Source of the DNA: Thioalkalivibrio sp.
GTDB lineage: Bacteria > Pseudomonadota > Gammaproteobacteria > Ectothiorhodospirales > Ectothiorhodospiraceae
Assembly (NCBI GenBank): GCA_007692435.1
Contig: RECA01000088.1
Coordinates: 1-56,535 of the forward strand
Length of the DNA: 56,535 nucleotides
Direction of reading: 5' to 3'
Below, one piece after another: positions 1-9,507 of this stretch. A model generated the notes under the pieces. That model made no database searches. It worked only from the letters and a program-made list of their open reading frames with translations, and was not told the DNA's origin. Position 1 is the stretch's first letter; the number at the start of each line of letters is the position of its first letter. Position numbers and translations under genes: made by a program.

Positions 1-101
1 TGGAAGCCCTCGACCAGCTCCTGCGTCGATTCGTCGCCCAGAACCGCATGAAACTTCCTGGCGGCGCGGCCTACGAGCCCTGTTACCGGATTGTCAGCTA
101 A
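1..101 (+). CDS. ppnN: 3' end of nucleotide 5'-monophosphate nucleosidase PpnN/YgdH (partial, runs off window)
   Basis: The frame from nt 3 reads EALDQLLRRFVAQNRMKLPGGAAYEPCYRIVS* (TAA 99-101). This resembles the PpnN C-terminal FVAQxRMKLPG..Y.PCY motif. Confidence 0.8.
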   Translation, partial: EALDQLLRRFVAQNRMKLPGGAAYEPCYRIVS

Positions 102-213
102 AGGATAGGAAATCCAACCGTTTCTACCGCAATATCCCTCTGCCCAATAGAACCGTCAGGGCACCATCGCCGCCCCTGTCAGGCCCCCGCTCCCACCCCA
201 TGGACCAGGGGTG

Positions 214-285
214 GCCGGTAAACAGCCTGTCCCCCACCAGACCGACCACCTTGAATCGCTCCTCCCCGTCGATCCCCCGGGAGTA
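214..285 (-). pseudogene. Internal fragment of a BrnT-like type II toxin gene
   Basis: The peptide YSRGIDGEERFKVVGLVGDRLFTG resembles the BrnT core (DGEERFxxxGxxxxxLFT). No matching N- or C-terminus is in frame. Confidence 0.5.
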
Positions 286-339
286 CCGGCTGCTCGCGTA
301 TGAAGGTCTCGAAGGGTTGGCCTGGAGCGACGCTGGTCG

Positions 340-640
340 GCATGGCAGCATGCGCTGCTTACGCATATCCCAAACCGTTCAGCAATGCCGGGTAGCCGTT
401 GTCTAGGAAATCGATGATCCGAACGCCGGTCTTGGTAGCGTGCTCCCGATGCAGGCGGCCGGCGTATTGCTGCAGTGTTCCCTTCCAGGAAACCGGCATC
501 GCCAGAACCAGGGTGTCGAGAGGAGGGTGGTCGAAACCCTCGCCGACGAGCTTGCCAGTCGCCAGCAGGATGCGCGGAGCTTCGGGCGGCAAGCCGTCGA
601 GTTGGGCAATGAGGGCACCCCGCTGCTTTTTCGACATTGC
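340..640 (-). pseudogene. C-terminal remnant of an SF2 (DEAD/DEAH, ResIII-like) helicase
   Basis: ILLATGKLVGEGFDHPPLDTLVLAMPVSWKGTLQQYAGRLHR corresponds to helicase motifs V/VI. The ATPase half is missing. The frame breaks near 370, where a W-D-x-R continuation lies in another frame. Confidence 0.8.
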
Positions 641-773
641 CGTCAGGCCCACCACGTACTTGAATCATGCGGTGAAGCGAAGTGATGCCGCGAAATGCGG
701 TCCGTCAAAAAGGGGCCGGTTCGCAGCGGTGCGATCGCGGACAAGGAAGTCACACCGGGGGCCGGGGGCCAAT

Positions 774-797
774 AAAAAGGCCGCCTCTCGGGCGGCC
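774..797 (-). terminator. Rho-independent terminator downstream of ssrA
   Basis: The minus strand reads GGCCGCCC-GAGA-GGCGGCC-TTTTT: a GC stem followed by a U-tract. Confidence 0.8.
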
Positions 798-807
798 ATA
801 ATGTTCG

Positions 808-820
808 CAAATATTTGATT
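808..820 (-). promoter_or_regulatory. IHF-binding consensus site
   Basis: Minus-strand AATCAAATATTTG is an exact match to WATCAANNNNTTR. It lies in an AT-rich patch 13 nt past the tmRNA CCA. Confidence 0.55.
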
Positions 821-833
821 TATAACGTAAAAC

Positions 834-1193
834 TGGTGGAGACGGCGGGAATCGAACCCGCGTCCGCGAGACCTCCGCCTTCGGCTCTACATGCTTATCC
901 GCGTCTTTGTTTTAACCGGTGGCTACCCGACGGGCAGGGAAAACCACAAGCGATCCCGGTTGAGTTTTAGTGGATTGGCCCCGGGAAGCTTCTCCACGAT
1001 CCTGCGAGATCGACGCCCGGTGCTGGACGCGCAGGCACGGCTCCAGTCGGACGGCACTCTACTGGTTTTTAAGCAGCGAGTGCGTAGTTGTCGTCGTTGG
1101 CAACTATTGGTTTGCAGATGTTTTAACGAGGTCATCTACAGCCTCGGCATGCACCTAAGGTTTTGTGACCCGCGTCGAAGCCATGTCGTCCCC
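834..1193 (-). ncRNA. ssrA: tmRNA (SsrA), tag peptide (A)ANDDNYALAA
   Basis: 5' GGGGACG pairs with 3' CGTCTCC-ACCA, including the G3:U alanine determinant. T-arm GGTTCGATTCC. Tag ORF GCC AAC GAC GAC AAC TAC GCA CTC GCT GCT TAA at 1101-1069. Length 360 nt. Confidence 0.98.
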
Positions 1194-1321
1194 TAAGTAC
1201 TTCGTATGACAGTGTAACCGAATTCGGGTTCCGTGCCATCGGCGATGCGCGCGGCAATGGGCCCGGAAACGGGCCCGGCTTCGGTACAATGGCGCCTGTT
1301 TCAGGACCGCGGGGATCAGCG

Positions 1322-4300
1322 ATGCGAGTTTTCGAGGGGGGCCGGGCCGTGTCGCCGTTCCGGATCCGGCGGCACGAGGCGCAGCTGCAGGAGCATGTTC
1401 CCGGGACCGTCCGGCTGGCGGCCCGGTTCGTGTATTTCGTGGATACGCGCCGGAAGCTCCTGGGCGACGAGGAGGAGCAGCTGGAGAGCCTCCTGCTCGG
1501 CGAGGGGGAGCCCTGGACCGGAACCGGGTTCGAACAGCCGGGCACACTGTTCGTGATTCCCCGCATTGGCACCATCAGTCCGTGGTCGTCAAAGGCGACG
1601 GAGATCGCCTGGCACGCTGGCCTGGAGTCAGCGGTTCGGCGCGTGGAACGGGGCATCCAGTGGTTCGTGGAGGGGTTCCCGGAACGTCAGGTCCCGTTGA
1701 ATGTGTTCTCCGCGCCGCTCCACGACCGGATGACCGAGACGGTGGTGGCCGATACGGCCGATGCGGCTGCGCTGTTTCGGGAGGAGAGTCCGCGGCCCCT
1801 CGAACGGGTCGCGCTCGAGCCTGATCCGGTCGCGGCGCTGCAGGCCGCCAACCTTGAGCTGGGCCTGGCGCTGTCGCCCGACGAGATCGAGTATCTCGCC
1901 GACGCCTTTGCCGCCATCGGCCGGGCGCCGTCCGATGCCGAGTTGATGATGTTCGCGCAGGCCAACTCCGAGCATTGCCGGCACAAGATATTCAACGCCA
2001 GCTGGGTGCTCGATGGGGCGGCCCAGCAGCAGACGCTGTTTGGCATGATCCGCCACACCTTCAACCAGCATCCGGAGGGCGTGTTATCCGCCTACTGCGA
2101 CAATGCGTCGGTGATCGAGGGGCATCGCGGCATTCGTCTGGTGCCCGACGGCGCGTCGGGCGCGTATCGACGGCTGGAACTGGATCTGCCCATCCTGATG
2201 AAGGTGGAGACGCACAACCATCCCACGGCCATCTCGCCCTTTCCCGGCGCCGCGACCGGTTCCGGTGGCGAGATCCGCGACGAGGGCGCGACGGGTCGCG
2301 GCTCGAAACCCAAGGCCGGGCTGACCGGGTTCAGTGTCTCGAACCTGCGGATTCCCGGCTTTCCGCAGCCCTGGGAGACGGACTTCGGGCGGCCGGGCCG
2401 GATCGAGAGTGCGCTCGGCATCATGATCGAGGGTCCCATCGGTGCTGCCGCCTTCAACAACGAGTTCGGACGGCCGGCATTGTGTGGCTATTTTCGTACC
2501 CTGGAACTGCAGACCGGCCCGACGGAAGGCCGGACGCTCTTCGGCTACCACAAGCCGATCATGATCGCGGGCGGCATGGGTTCGATCCGGCGCGAACATG
2601 TGCACAAGGAGCCGTTGCCGTCGGGAACGCCGATCATCGTGCTCGGCGGCCCCGCGATGCTGATTGGCCTTGGGGGCGGCGCGGCCTCCTCGATGGCGAG
2701 CGGCGCCAGTGCCGAGCAACTCGATTTCGCGTCGGTGCAGCGGGGCAATCCCGAGATGCAGCGGCGCTGCCAGGAGGTGATCGACCGCTGTACCGCACTG
2801 GGTGAGCACAATCCCATCCTGTCGATCCACGACGTGGGCGCGGGCGGGCTGTCCAACGCGATCCCGGAGATCCTGAACGACGCCGGGCGGGGCGGGCACA
2901 TCGAACTGCGCGAGCTGCCGTCTGCCGAGCCCGGTCTCTCCCCGCTGGAGCTGTGGTGCAACGAGGCGCAGGAACGTTACGTGCTGGCGATCTCCGCAGA
3001 CCGTCTCGAGACCTTTGCCGCGATCGCCGGGCGGGAGCGCGCGCCGTACGCGGTGGTCGGAGAGGCGACCGAGGCGGCCCACCTGCGGGTCGATGACGCG
3101 CTGCTGGGTACACCCGCGGTGGATCTGCCGATGTCGGTCCTGCTCGGGAAGACACCGCGCATGACCCGGTCGGACGAGCGGCAAGCGGCGCAGACCCGGG
3201 CACTCGCGCCGCTGTCGGATCTCGAAGACGCGCTCGCACGCGTGCTGCGTTTGCCCGCCGTCGCGGCCAAGCACTTCCTGATCACCATCGGCGACCGGAC
3301 AGTGGGTGGCCTGACCGCGCGGGATCAGATGGTCGGCCCGTGGCAGGTGCCGGTTGCCGACTGCGCGGTCACGCTCACGGACTTCGAAGCCTGGTCGGGC
3401 GAGGCCATGGCGATGGGTGAGCGCACCCCGCTGGCGATGCTGTCCGCCCCGGCCTCGGGGCGCATGGCGGTAGGCGAGGTCCTGACCAACCTGGCCGGGG
3501 CCGACATCGCGGATACCGCACAGATCCGGCTCTCGGCGAACTGGATGGCCGCGGCGGGCGTGCCGGGCCAGGACGCGGCGCTGTTCGACACGGTGCGCGC
3601 GGTCGGAGAGGAGCTCTGCCCGCGCCTGGGAATCAGCATCCCCGTGGGCAAGGACTCCCTCTCGATGCGGACGGTCTGGAAAGGACCGGACGGGCCCCGC
3701 GAAATGATCGCCCCGGTGTCGCTGATCGTGTCCGGCTTTGCGGCGGTGGGCGATGCCCGCGCAACGCTGACACCGTTGCCGGACACCCGCAGGCCCGGCC
3801 CGCTTTGGCTGGTGGACCTTGGCGAGGGCCTGTGCCGGCTGGGCGGTTCGGCGCTGGCCCAGGTCTTCGGGGAGGTGGGCGACAATCCGCCGGATGTGGT
3901 CAGCCCCGAGCGGCTGCGGGGCTTTTTCGGGGTGATGCAGCACCTGAAGGCCCGCGGCCTGATCACCGCCTACCACGACCGCTCCGACGGCGGCCTGATC
4001 GTGACCCTGCTGGAGATGGCCTTTGCGGGCCGATGCGGCCTAAAGATCACCGTGCCTGAAGCAGTTGATCCGGTTGCGTGGCTCTTCAACGAGGAACTCG
4101 GCGCGGTGGTGCAGGTGCTGCCGGGGTCGGAATCCGCGGTGCGCGAGGCCTTCGCGGCACTCGGCCTTGCCGAACACCTGCACGTGGTCGGCGCGCTGGA
4201 TCCCTCCGGCGGAGTCCGGATCGAGCAGACCGGCCGGGTCCTTCTTGCGTCGGACCGAGCCGCCCTGCAACGGCAATGGCAGGAGACGAGCTTTCACATG

Positions 4301-5206
4301 CAACGGCTGCGCGACGAGCCGGAGTGCGCTCGCGAGGAACTGGAGCGGGTGGAGGCGGACGGTGGACTGGTGGCCGATCTGGGTTTCGATCCCGACGATG
4401 ACGTCGCCGCGCCGTACGTCGCCGGCGGAATCCGGCCGCGCGTGGCGATCCTGCGCGAGCAGGGGGTGAACGGCCAGGTCGAGATGGCGGCGGCCTTCGA
4501 ACACGCCGGCTTCGAGCCGGTGGACGTGCACATGACCGATCTGCTTGCCGGCCGTCATGACCTGTCCCGGTTCCAGGGGCTGGCCGCCTGCGGGGGCTTT
4601 TCCTACGGCGACGTGCTCGGGGCCGGCGGGGGCTGGGCGAAGACCATCCTGTTCAACAGCGTGCTGCGCGACCCGTTCCAGGCCTTCTTCGAGCGTTCGG
4701 ACAGCTTCGCACTCGGCGTCTGCAATGGCTGTCAGATGCTCTCGCATCTCGCGCCCCTGATTCCCGGCACGGAACACTGGCCGCGCTTCGTGCGCAATCG
4801 TTCCGAGCAGTTCGAGGCGCGTTTCTCGCTCGTGCGTATCGAGGACAGCCCGTCGGTGCTGCTCAGCGGCATGGCGGGTTCGGTACTGCCGGTGGCCGTG
4901 TCGCACGGGGAGGGCCGGGCACGCTTCGCGGACCTTGGGGGCCTGGAGGCGGTGCAAGGGGCGGGGCAGGTCGCCCTTCGCTACGTGGAGGCGGACGGCG
5001 CAACGGCACAAGGCTATCCGGCGAATCCGAACGGCTCACCGGCGGGTGTCACCGGTTTTGCCAGTGCCGACGGGCGGGTGACGGTGATGATGCCTCACCC
5101 GGAGCGCGTATTCCGTACCGTGCAGAATTCCTGGCACCCGGCCGAGTGGGGCGAGGACGGTCCCTGGCTGCGACTGTTCCGCAACGCCCGGGCCTGGGTG
5201 GGGTGA
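1322..5206 (+). CDS. purL: Phosphoribosylformylglycinamidine synthase (large PurL)
   Basis: Motifs [21 protein letters not shown], and glutaminase GVCNGCQ and HPER. Start taken at ATG 1322 (ORF track starts at 1289). Confidence 0.98.
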   Translation: MRVFEGGRAVSPFRIRRHEAQLQEHVPGTVRLAARFVYFVDTRRKLLGDEEEQLESLLLGEGEPWTGTGFEQPGTLFVIPRIGTISPWSSKATEIAWHAGLESAVRRVERGIQWFVEGFPERQVPLNVFSAPLHDRMTETVVADTADAAALFREESPRPLERVALEPDPVAALQAANLELGLALSPDEIEYLADAFAAIGRAPSDAELMMFAQANSEHCRHKIFNASWVLDGAAQQQTLFGMIRHTFNQHPEGVLSAYCDNASVIEGHRGIRLVPDGASGAYRRLELDLPILMKVETHNHPTAISPFPGAATGSGGEIRDEGATGRGSKPKAGLTGFSVSNLRIPGFPQPWETDFGRPGRIESALGIMIEGPIGAAAFNNEFGRPALCGYFRTLELQTGPTEGRTLFGYHKPIMIAGGMGSIRREHVHKEPLPSGTPIIVLGGPAMLIGLGGGAASSMASGASAEQLDFASVQRGNPEMQRRCQEVIDRCTALGEHNPILSIHDVGAGGLSNAIPEILNDAGRGGHIELRELPSAEPGLSPLELWCNEAQERYVLAISADRLETFAAIAGRERAPYAVVGEATEAAHLRVDDALLGTPAVDLPMSVLLGKTPRMTRSDERQAAQTRALAPLSDLEDALARVLRLPAVAAKHFLITIGDRTVGGLTARDQMVGPWQVPVADCAVTLTDFEAWSGEAMAMGERTPLAMLSAPASGRMAVGEVLTNLAGADIADTAQIRLSANWMAAAGVPGQDAALFDTVRAVGEELCPRLGISIPVGKDSLSMRTVWKGPDGPREMIAPVSLIVSGFAAVGDARATLTPLPDTRRPGPLWLVDLGEGLCRLGGSALAQVFGEVGDNPPDVVSPERLRGFFGVMQHLKARGLITAYHDRSDGGLIVTLLEMAFAGRCGLKITVPEAVDPVAWLFNEELGAVVQVLPGSESAVREAFAALGLAEHLHVVGALDPSGGVRIEQTGRVLLASDRAALQRQWQETSFHMQRLRDEPECAREELERVEADGGLVADLGFDPDDDVAAPYVAGGIRPRVAILREQGVNGQVEMAAAFEHAGFEPVDVHMTDLLAGRHDLSRFQGLAACGGFSYGDVLGAGGGWAKTILFNSVLRDPFQAFFERSDSFALGVCNGCQMLSHLAPLIPGTEHWPRFVRNRSEQFEARFSLVRIEDSPSVLLSGMAGSVLPVAVSHGEGRARFADLGGLEAVQGAGQVALRYVEADGATAQGYPANPNGSPAGVTGFASADGRVTVMMPHPERVFRTVQNSWHPAEWGEDGPWLRLFRNARAWVG

Positions 5207-5285
5207 CTCCAGCGGCCACGTCCCGGCTGGCATACTGCCGAGCCTGAAAACCTCTTCTGAACGGAAGGAAAAACGGTCACTCTTC

Positions 5286-5768
5286 ATGCAAAAAATGCAC
5301 GTCTTGATGGTCTGCATGGGCAATATCTGCCGGTCTCCGATGGCCCACGGGGTCTTCGCCAGTCGCCTGCGCGATGCGGGTCTCGAACACGTGATCCAGG
5401 TGGATTCCGCGGGCACCCACAGCTATCACGTGGGCGAGCCGCCCGACCGCAGGGCCCAGCTCACGTCCCGATCCCGCGGCTACGAGCTGGGGGATCTTCG
5501 GGCACGGCGCCTGGAGGAACAGGACTTCCGCGAGTTCGACTACATCCTGGTGATGGACGAGGACAACCTCAGCCACGCCCGGGCGCTGGAGCCGGAAGAC
5601 GGAAGGGCGCGCGTGCACCGGTTCCTCGAGTTCGCCGGGGCCCGGCGCGAGCGCGAGGTGCCTGATCCCTACTACGGGGGTGCGCAGGGCTTTGAGAAGG
5701 TGCTGGACCTGATCGAGGATGCGGCGGACGGTTTCCTGTCGCATCTGCGGGAGCGGCACCGCTTCTGA
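5286..5768 (+). CDS. Low molecular weight protein-tyrosine phosphatase
   Basis: P-loop VCMGNICRSP and general-acid motif DPYYG. Confidence 0.95.
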   Translation: MQKMHVLMVCMGNICRSPMAHGVFASRLRDAGLEHVIQVDSAGTHSYHVGEPPDRRAQLTSRSRGYELGDLRARRLEEQDFREFDYILVMDEDNLSHARALEPEDGRARVHRFLEFAGARREREVPDPYYGGAQGFEKVLDLIEDAADGFLSHLRERHRF

Positions 5769-5778
5769 GTCAACCGGG

Positions 5779-5873
5779 TCCGGCCGGGGAGCGCCCCGGC
5801 CGGATCGAGGCAGGCTGCGAATCGCATTTGCAGCGCAGTGTACGCCGAGAAGGCCGGTATGGCCTTCTCGGCG
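5779..5873. terminator. Hairpin cluster between convergent LMW-PTP and rne genes
   Basis: Perfect 11-bp stem at 5779-5804, imperfect stem at about 5814-5834, perfect 13-bp stem at 5843-5873. Confidence 0.6.
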
Positions 5874-5887
5874 CTTCCCTGTTGGAT

Positions 5888-8800
5888 CTACTTCTCCTCG
5901 TTGGTCTCGGTGACCGCGACCGGGTCCTGCGCGGCGTCGTCGGGGCCCTTCTCCGGTTTCGCGCTGCGGCTTCGGCGCGCAGGCCGCTTGCGCTTCGGCT
6001 TGTCCGCCTCGGTGGCCTCCGCGCCCGCGTCGGCGGTTGCTGCGTTGCCGGCGTCTTCACCGGGAGCCGGTTCGCCACCCGCGTCGCCACCCGCGTCGTC
6101 AGTCGCGGGGGCCTTCTTCGCTGCCGAGCGGGGCTTGCGCGCCCGCCGCGGCCGCTTGGGCTTTGCCGGGGGCGCGTCTTCTTCGTCGGCCGCGGCTTCG
6201 GTCGCGGGCTTTTCGGCTTCCCCGGCCTTCGGGGTCTGCTCGTCCGTGGCCGGAGCCGGTTGCTGCGCCGGTTCAGCGGTCTCGCCCTTTTCCGCGGGTG
6301 CCGGTTCCGTTGGAGCCGGCGCCTTCCGGGAGCTGGCCGGATGCGGAGCGGGTTCGGCGGTATCGCCAGGCGCACCGGAGGTCATGCGCTCCGCGTCGGT
6401 GCCGGACACGGTCTCGCGGGCGTCGCGGTCGGCAGTGGGCGGCTCCGCGGCGCTGGGCTCCTTCTCCTGTGGATCCTCCGGCGCCGGTTCGGGTTCGGCC
6501 TTTGAGGTCGCGGGGCCGGGCGTGCTGGATGCCGGCGCTGGAACTGAACCGGTCCCTTCATTGCCGGTTTCCGCGGCCGAGGCAGCCATGCGGGCGAGGG
6601 CCGCACGGGCCTCCCGCTGACGCCTTTCGGCGGCATCTTCTGCCCCAGCGTCACCAGTGCCACCAGTGCCACCAGTGCCACTTTCGCCCCCCGCGTCCTG
6701 CGTCGCCGGCGCGGGCTTGCGCTCCGGTGCCTCGGTCAAGGGACCGGATTCGGCGTCCTTGCGCACGGGCTGGTGCGCCTTCTTTTCGACCGGGGGTGTT
6801 CCGCTATCCTCACTGCGCGCGACGGCGGGTGCGCGGGTCGGTTCCGATGCCGATTCTTCCGCCGCGGGCTTCGATGCCGCTGGCGGTTCCTGTTGCGCCC
6901 CCGCACCCTGTTCTTCGGTACTGCGGTCGGACTCCGTTCCTGCGGCGCGGTTGCGGTTGCGCCGACGACCGCCACGGCGGGAACGTCGGCTCCGGGTGCG
7001 AGCGCCCTCGTCCTGTGCCTCCTCGTCGGCGTCGGGTCGGGCTGTCGCAGCGGGCGCCTTGTCTGTTCCGGAAGGCCTGCCGGCGTCGGGCTTTTCGGTG
7101 CCCGGGCGCTCGTCCCGGGTCTTGCCGGTGTCGCCGGAGCCCGCGGTCTTGCGGGCCTTCGTGTCGCCGGACGGCTTGGCCTCCGCCGAGTCCTTGCGCG
7201 CACGTCCTCCGCGACGGCCCCCACGGCGGCGATCGCCGTTGGCCGGTTCCTCTTCGGTGCGCCCGCGTCCACTGCGCGCGCTCCGCTCGGCGGGGGCCTT
7301 TGGGGCATCGTCTTCGGGTTCGGGAGTCGCCGGCCCCTCCGTTGGCGCGGCGTTGGCCGGGAAGAGCGCCGCCCAGATCCGTGCGAAGAACCCAGGCTGC
7401 GCTACGGATTGCGGTATCGGTGCCGTGGCCCGCGCGGCTGCCGGGGGCGGGCTCGGGGGTGGCGCGGACACCGGGATGTTCTGCACCAGCGGACGATCGG
7501 GACGGCCGCGGCGCTCCAGTTCCGCGAGTTCCTCCGCTGTGTCGGCCTCCTCGACGAACTGGTAGGAACTCTTGCCAGCCAATTCGTCCTCGCGTCCGTC
7601 ATCGCGGATCCGGCGTACCGTGTAGTGCGGTGTCAGGAGCTGCGTGCTCGGCAGGATGCTGATGTCCACATCGTGGCGGTCCTCGATGTCGGCCAGCGAG
7701 TCCCGCTTCTCGTTCAGCAGGAAGGTGCCGACGTCGACCGGGACCTGGGCCAGCACCACGCTGGTCCGCTCCTTCATCGCCTCCTCTTCCACGAGGCGCA
7801 GGATGGACAGTGCGAGCGATTCCACGCTGCGGATCTGGCCGTGGCCCTGACAGCGGGGGCAGGTGATCTGGCTCGATTCGCCCAGCGAGGAGCGCAGGCG
7901 CTGCCGGGACATCTCCAGCAGGCCGAAGCGGCTGATCCGGCCCACCTGGACCCGGGCGCGGTCCATCTCCAGCGCCTTGCGCAGGCGTGTTTCCACCTCG
8001 CGCTGGTGCCGGTTCGAACTCATGTCGATGAAGTCGATCACGATCAGGCCGCCGAGATCGCGGATGCGCAACTGGCGGGCGACCTCATCAGCCGCCTCGA
8101 GGTTGGTGTGGAAGGCCGTCTCCTCGATGTCGCCGCCCTTGGTCGAACGCGCGGAGTTCACATCGATCGAGATCAACGCCTCGGTGTGGTCGATGACCAG
8201 CGCGCCGCCGGCGGCGAGTGCCACGTTGCGGTCGAAGGCACTCTCGATCTGGCCCTCGATCTGGAAGCGGTTGAACAGTGGCACCGGGTCGGTGTAGTGG
8301 CGGAGCTTGCGCAGGCTGTTCGGCATCACCCGCTCGACGAATTCCTGTGCCTGGCGGTAGACGGTGTCGTCGTCAATCACCACCTCGCCGACGTCGTTGC
8401 GCATGTGATCCCGCAGCGCCCGGATGATGACGTTGCTTTCCTGGTGGATCAGCGCGGGGGCCTGCGCCTCGGAAGAGGCCTCGAGGATGGCGGCCCAGAG
8501 GGACGTCATGTAGTCGAGGTCCCACTGCAGTTCCTCGGTCGTGCGCCCGACGCCCGCGGTGCGGGCGATGACCCCCATGCCCTCGGGGATCTTCAGGTCC
8601 GACAGCGCCTCGCGAAGTTCGGCGCGGTCTTCTCCCTCGATGCGCCGCGATACGCCACCGGCACGGGGATTGTTCGGCATCAGCACCAGGTAGCGCCCGG
8701 CAAGGCTGATGTAGGTCGTCAGTGCCGCGCCCTTGTTGCCGCGCTCTTCCTTTTCCACCTGCACCAGCAGTTGCTGGCCATCCTTCAGGAAGTCACGGAT

Positions 8801-9061
8801 CGGCTTGTCGCTGTCCTCCGGGGCGCCGATGGCGGACCGTGCGATCTCCTTGAACGGCAGGAAGCCGTGCCGGTCGGCGCCGAAGTTGACGAAGGCAGCC
8901 TCTAGGCTCGGTTCCACCCGGGTGATCCGGGCCTTGTAGATGTTGGCTTTCTTGCGTTCCCGAGAGGGAAGTTCGATGTCAAGATCGTAGAGGCGCTGGC
9001 CATCGACCATCGCCACACGCAACTCTTCCGGCTGCGTGGCATTGATGAGAATCCGTTTCAT
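5888..9061 (-). CDS. rne: Ribonuclease E
   Basis: [17 protein letters not shown] start. S1 domain, IDVNS and IDFIDM catalytic Asp motifs, CPRC Zn-link, membrane helix [11 protein letters not shown], long disordered Arg-rich C-terminal half. Confidence 0.98.
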   Translation of the reverse strand: MKRILINATQPEELRVAMVDGQRLYDLDIELPSRERKKANIYKARITRVEPSLEAAFVNFGADRHGFLPFKEIARSAIGAPEDSDKPIRDFLKDGQQLLVQVEKEERGNKGAALTTYISLAGRYLVLMPNNPRAGGVSRRIEGEDRAELREALSDLKIPEGMGVIARTAGVGRTTEELQWDLDYMTSLWAAILEASSEAQAPALIHQESNVIIRALRDHMRNDVGEVVIDDDTVYRQAQEFVERVMPNSLRKLRHYTDPVPLFNRFQIEGQIESAFDRNVALAAGGALVIDHTEALISIDVNSARSTKGGDIEETAFHTNLEAADEVARQLRIRDLGGLIVIDFIDMSSNRHQREVETRLRKALEMDRARVQVGRISRFGLLEMSRQRLRSSLGESSQITCPRCQGHGQIRSVESLALSILRLVEEEAMKERTSVVLAQVPVDVGTFLLNEKRDSLADIEDRHDVDISILPSTQLLTPHYTVRRIRDDGREDELAGKSSYQFVEEADTAEELAELERRGRPDRPLVQNIPVSAPPPSPPPAAARATAPIPQSVAQPGFFARIWAALFPANAAPTEGPATPEPEDDAPKAPAERSARSGRGRTEEEPANGDRRRGGRRGGRARKDSAEAKPSGDTKARKTAGSGDTGKTRDERPGTEKPDAGRPSGTDKAPAATARPDADEEAQDEGARTRSRRSRRGGRRRNRNRAAGTESDRSTEEQGAGAQQEPPAASKPAAEESASEPTRAPAVARSEDSGTPPVEKKAHQPVRKDAESGPLTEAPERKPAPATQDAGGESGTGGTGGTGDAGAEDAAERRQREARAALARMAASAAETGNEGTGSVPAPASSTPGPATSKAEPEPAPEDPQEKEPSAAEPPTADRDARETVSGTDAERMTSGAPGDTAEPAPHPASSRKAPAPTEPAPAEKGETAEPAQQPAPATDEQTPKAGEAEKPATEAAADEEDAPPAKPKRPRRARKPRSAAKKAPATDDAGGDAGGEPAPGEDAGNAATADAGAEATEADKPKRKRPARRSRSAKPEKGPDDAAQDPVAVTETNEEK
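6652..6681. repeat. In-frame 9-bp tandem repeat (CACCAGTGC x3.3) in the rne scaffold region
   Basis: Read directly; encodes GTG-GTG-GTG. A 12-bp duplication (TCGCCACCCGCG x2, DAGG-DAGG) also lies at 6072-6095. Confidence 0.85.
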
Positions 9062-9368
9062 GAATTGAACTCGTCTGGGCGTCGCTGCCTTCCGCGAGCG
9101 AGCGCGCACGCGGGGCGCTCTGGGATGCGGATGTGGGCGCCAGCGGGGGACGGGGCATGCCAACAGATGGCAACAGCCCGCCCAGCAGCCAGGCTGGCAC
9201 CAGGAATAGCGCCAGTAGCTGCGTGCAGGCGCGCTCCGGGGGAAGACAGGACTGGTTTATGAGAATAGGTATCACGATCGCTTGCAGCGAGGGCCGGCCG
9301 GCCTGTCGGGCCATACCGGCGGGTGTACGAGGGAAGGCCGTATCGGGTAAAGCGCCGTTCCGGCCGAC

Positions 9369-9397
9369 AATCTAGGGCAAAAACGCCTGACTGGCAA
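9369..9397 (-). promoter_or_regulatory. Putative sigma70 promoter of rne, implying a ~300-nt 5' UTR
   Basis: TTGCCA-N17-TAGATT on the minus strand. Long autoregulatory rne leaders are known in gammaproteobacteria. Confidence 0.6.
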
Positions 9398-9507
9398 GCA
9401 AAAAATCAGCAGGTCGGCCGCACGGGGAGCGCGCGGGGGGCAGCGTGTCGCGGCAGGGGCAGGCCGGCATCGATGCTTCGCGGGCAGATGCCGGGCTGCG
9501 CGGCCCG

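Noticed and set aside
102-833. Intact prophage or ICE at ssrA
   Set aside because: No integrase, no att direct repeat seen, and the interval is under 1 kb; only a remnant is supportable.
891-1196. ORFs overlapping the tmRNA
   Set aside because: The region is fully explained by ssrA; only the 11-codon tag is translated.
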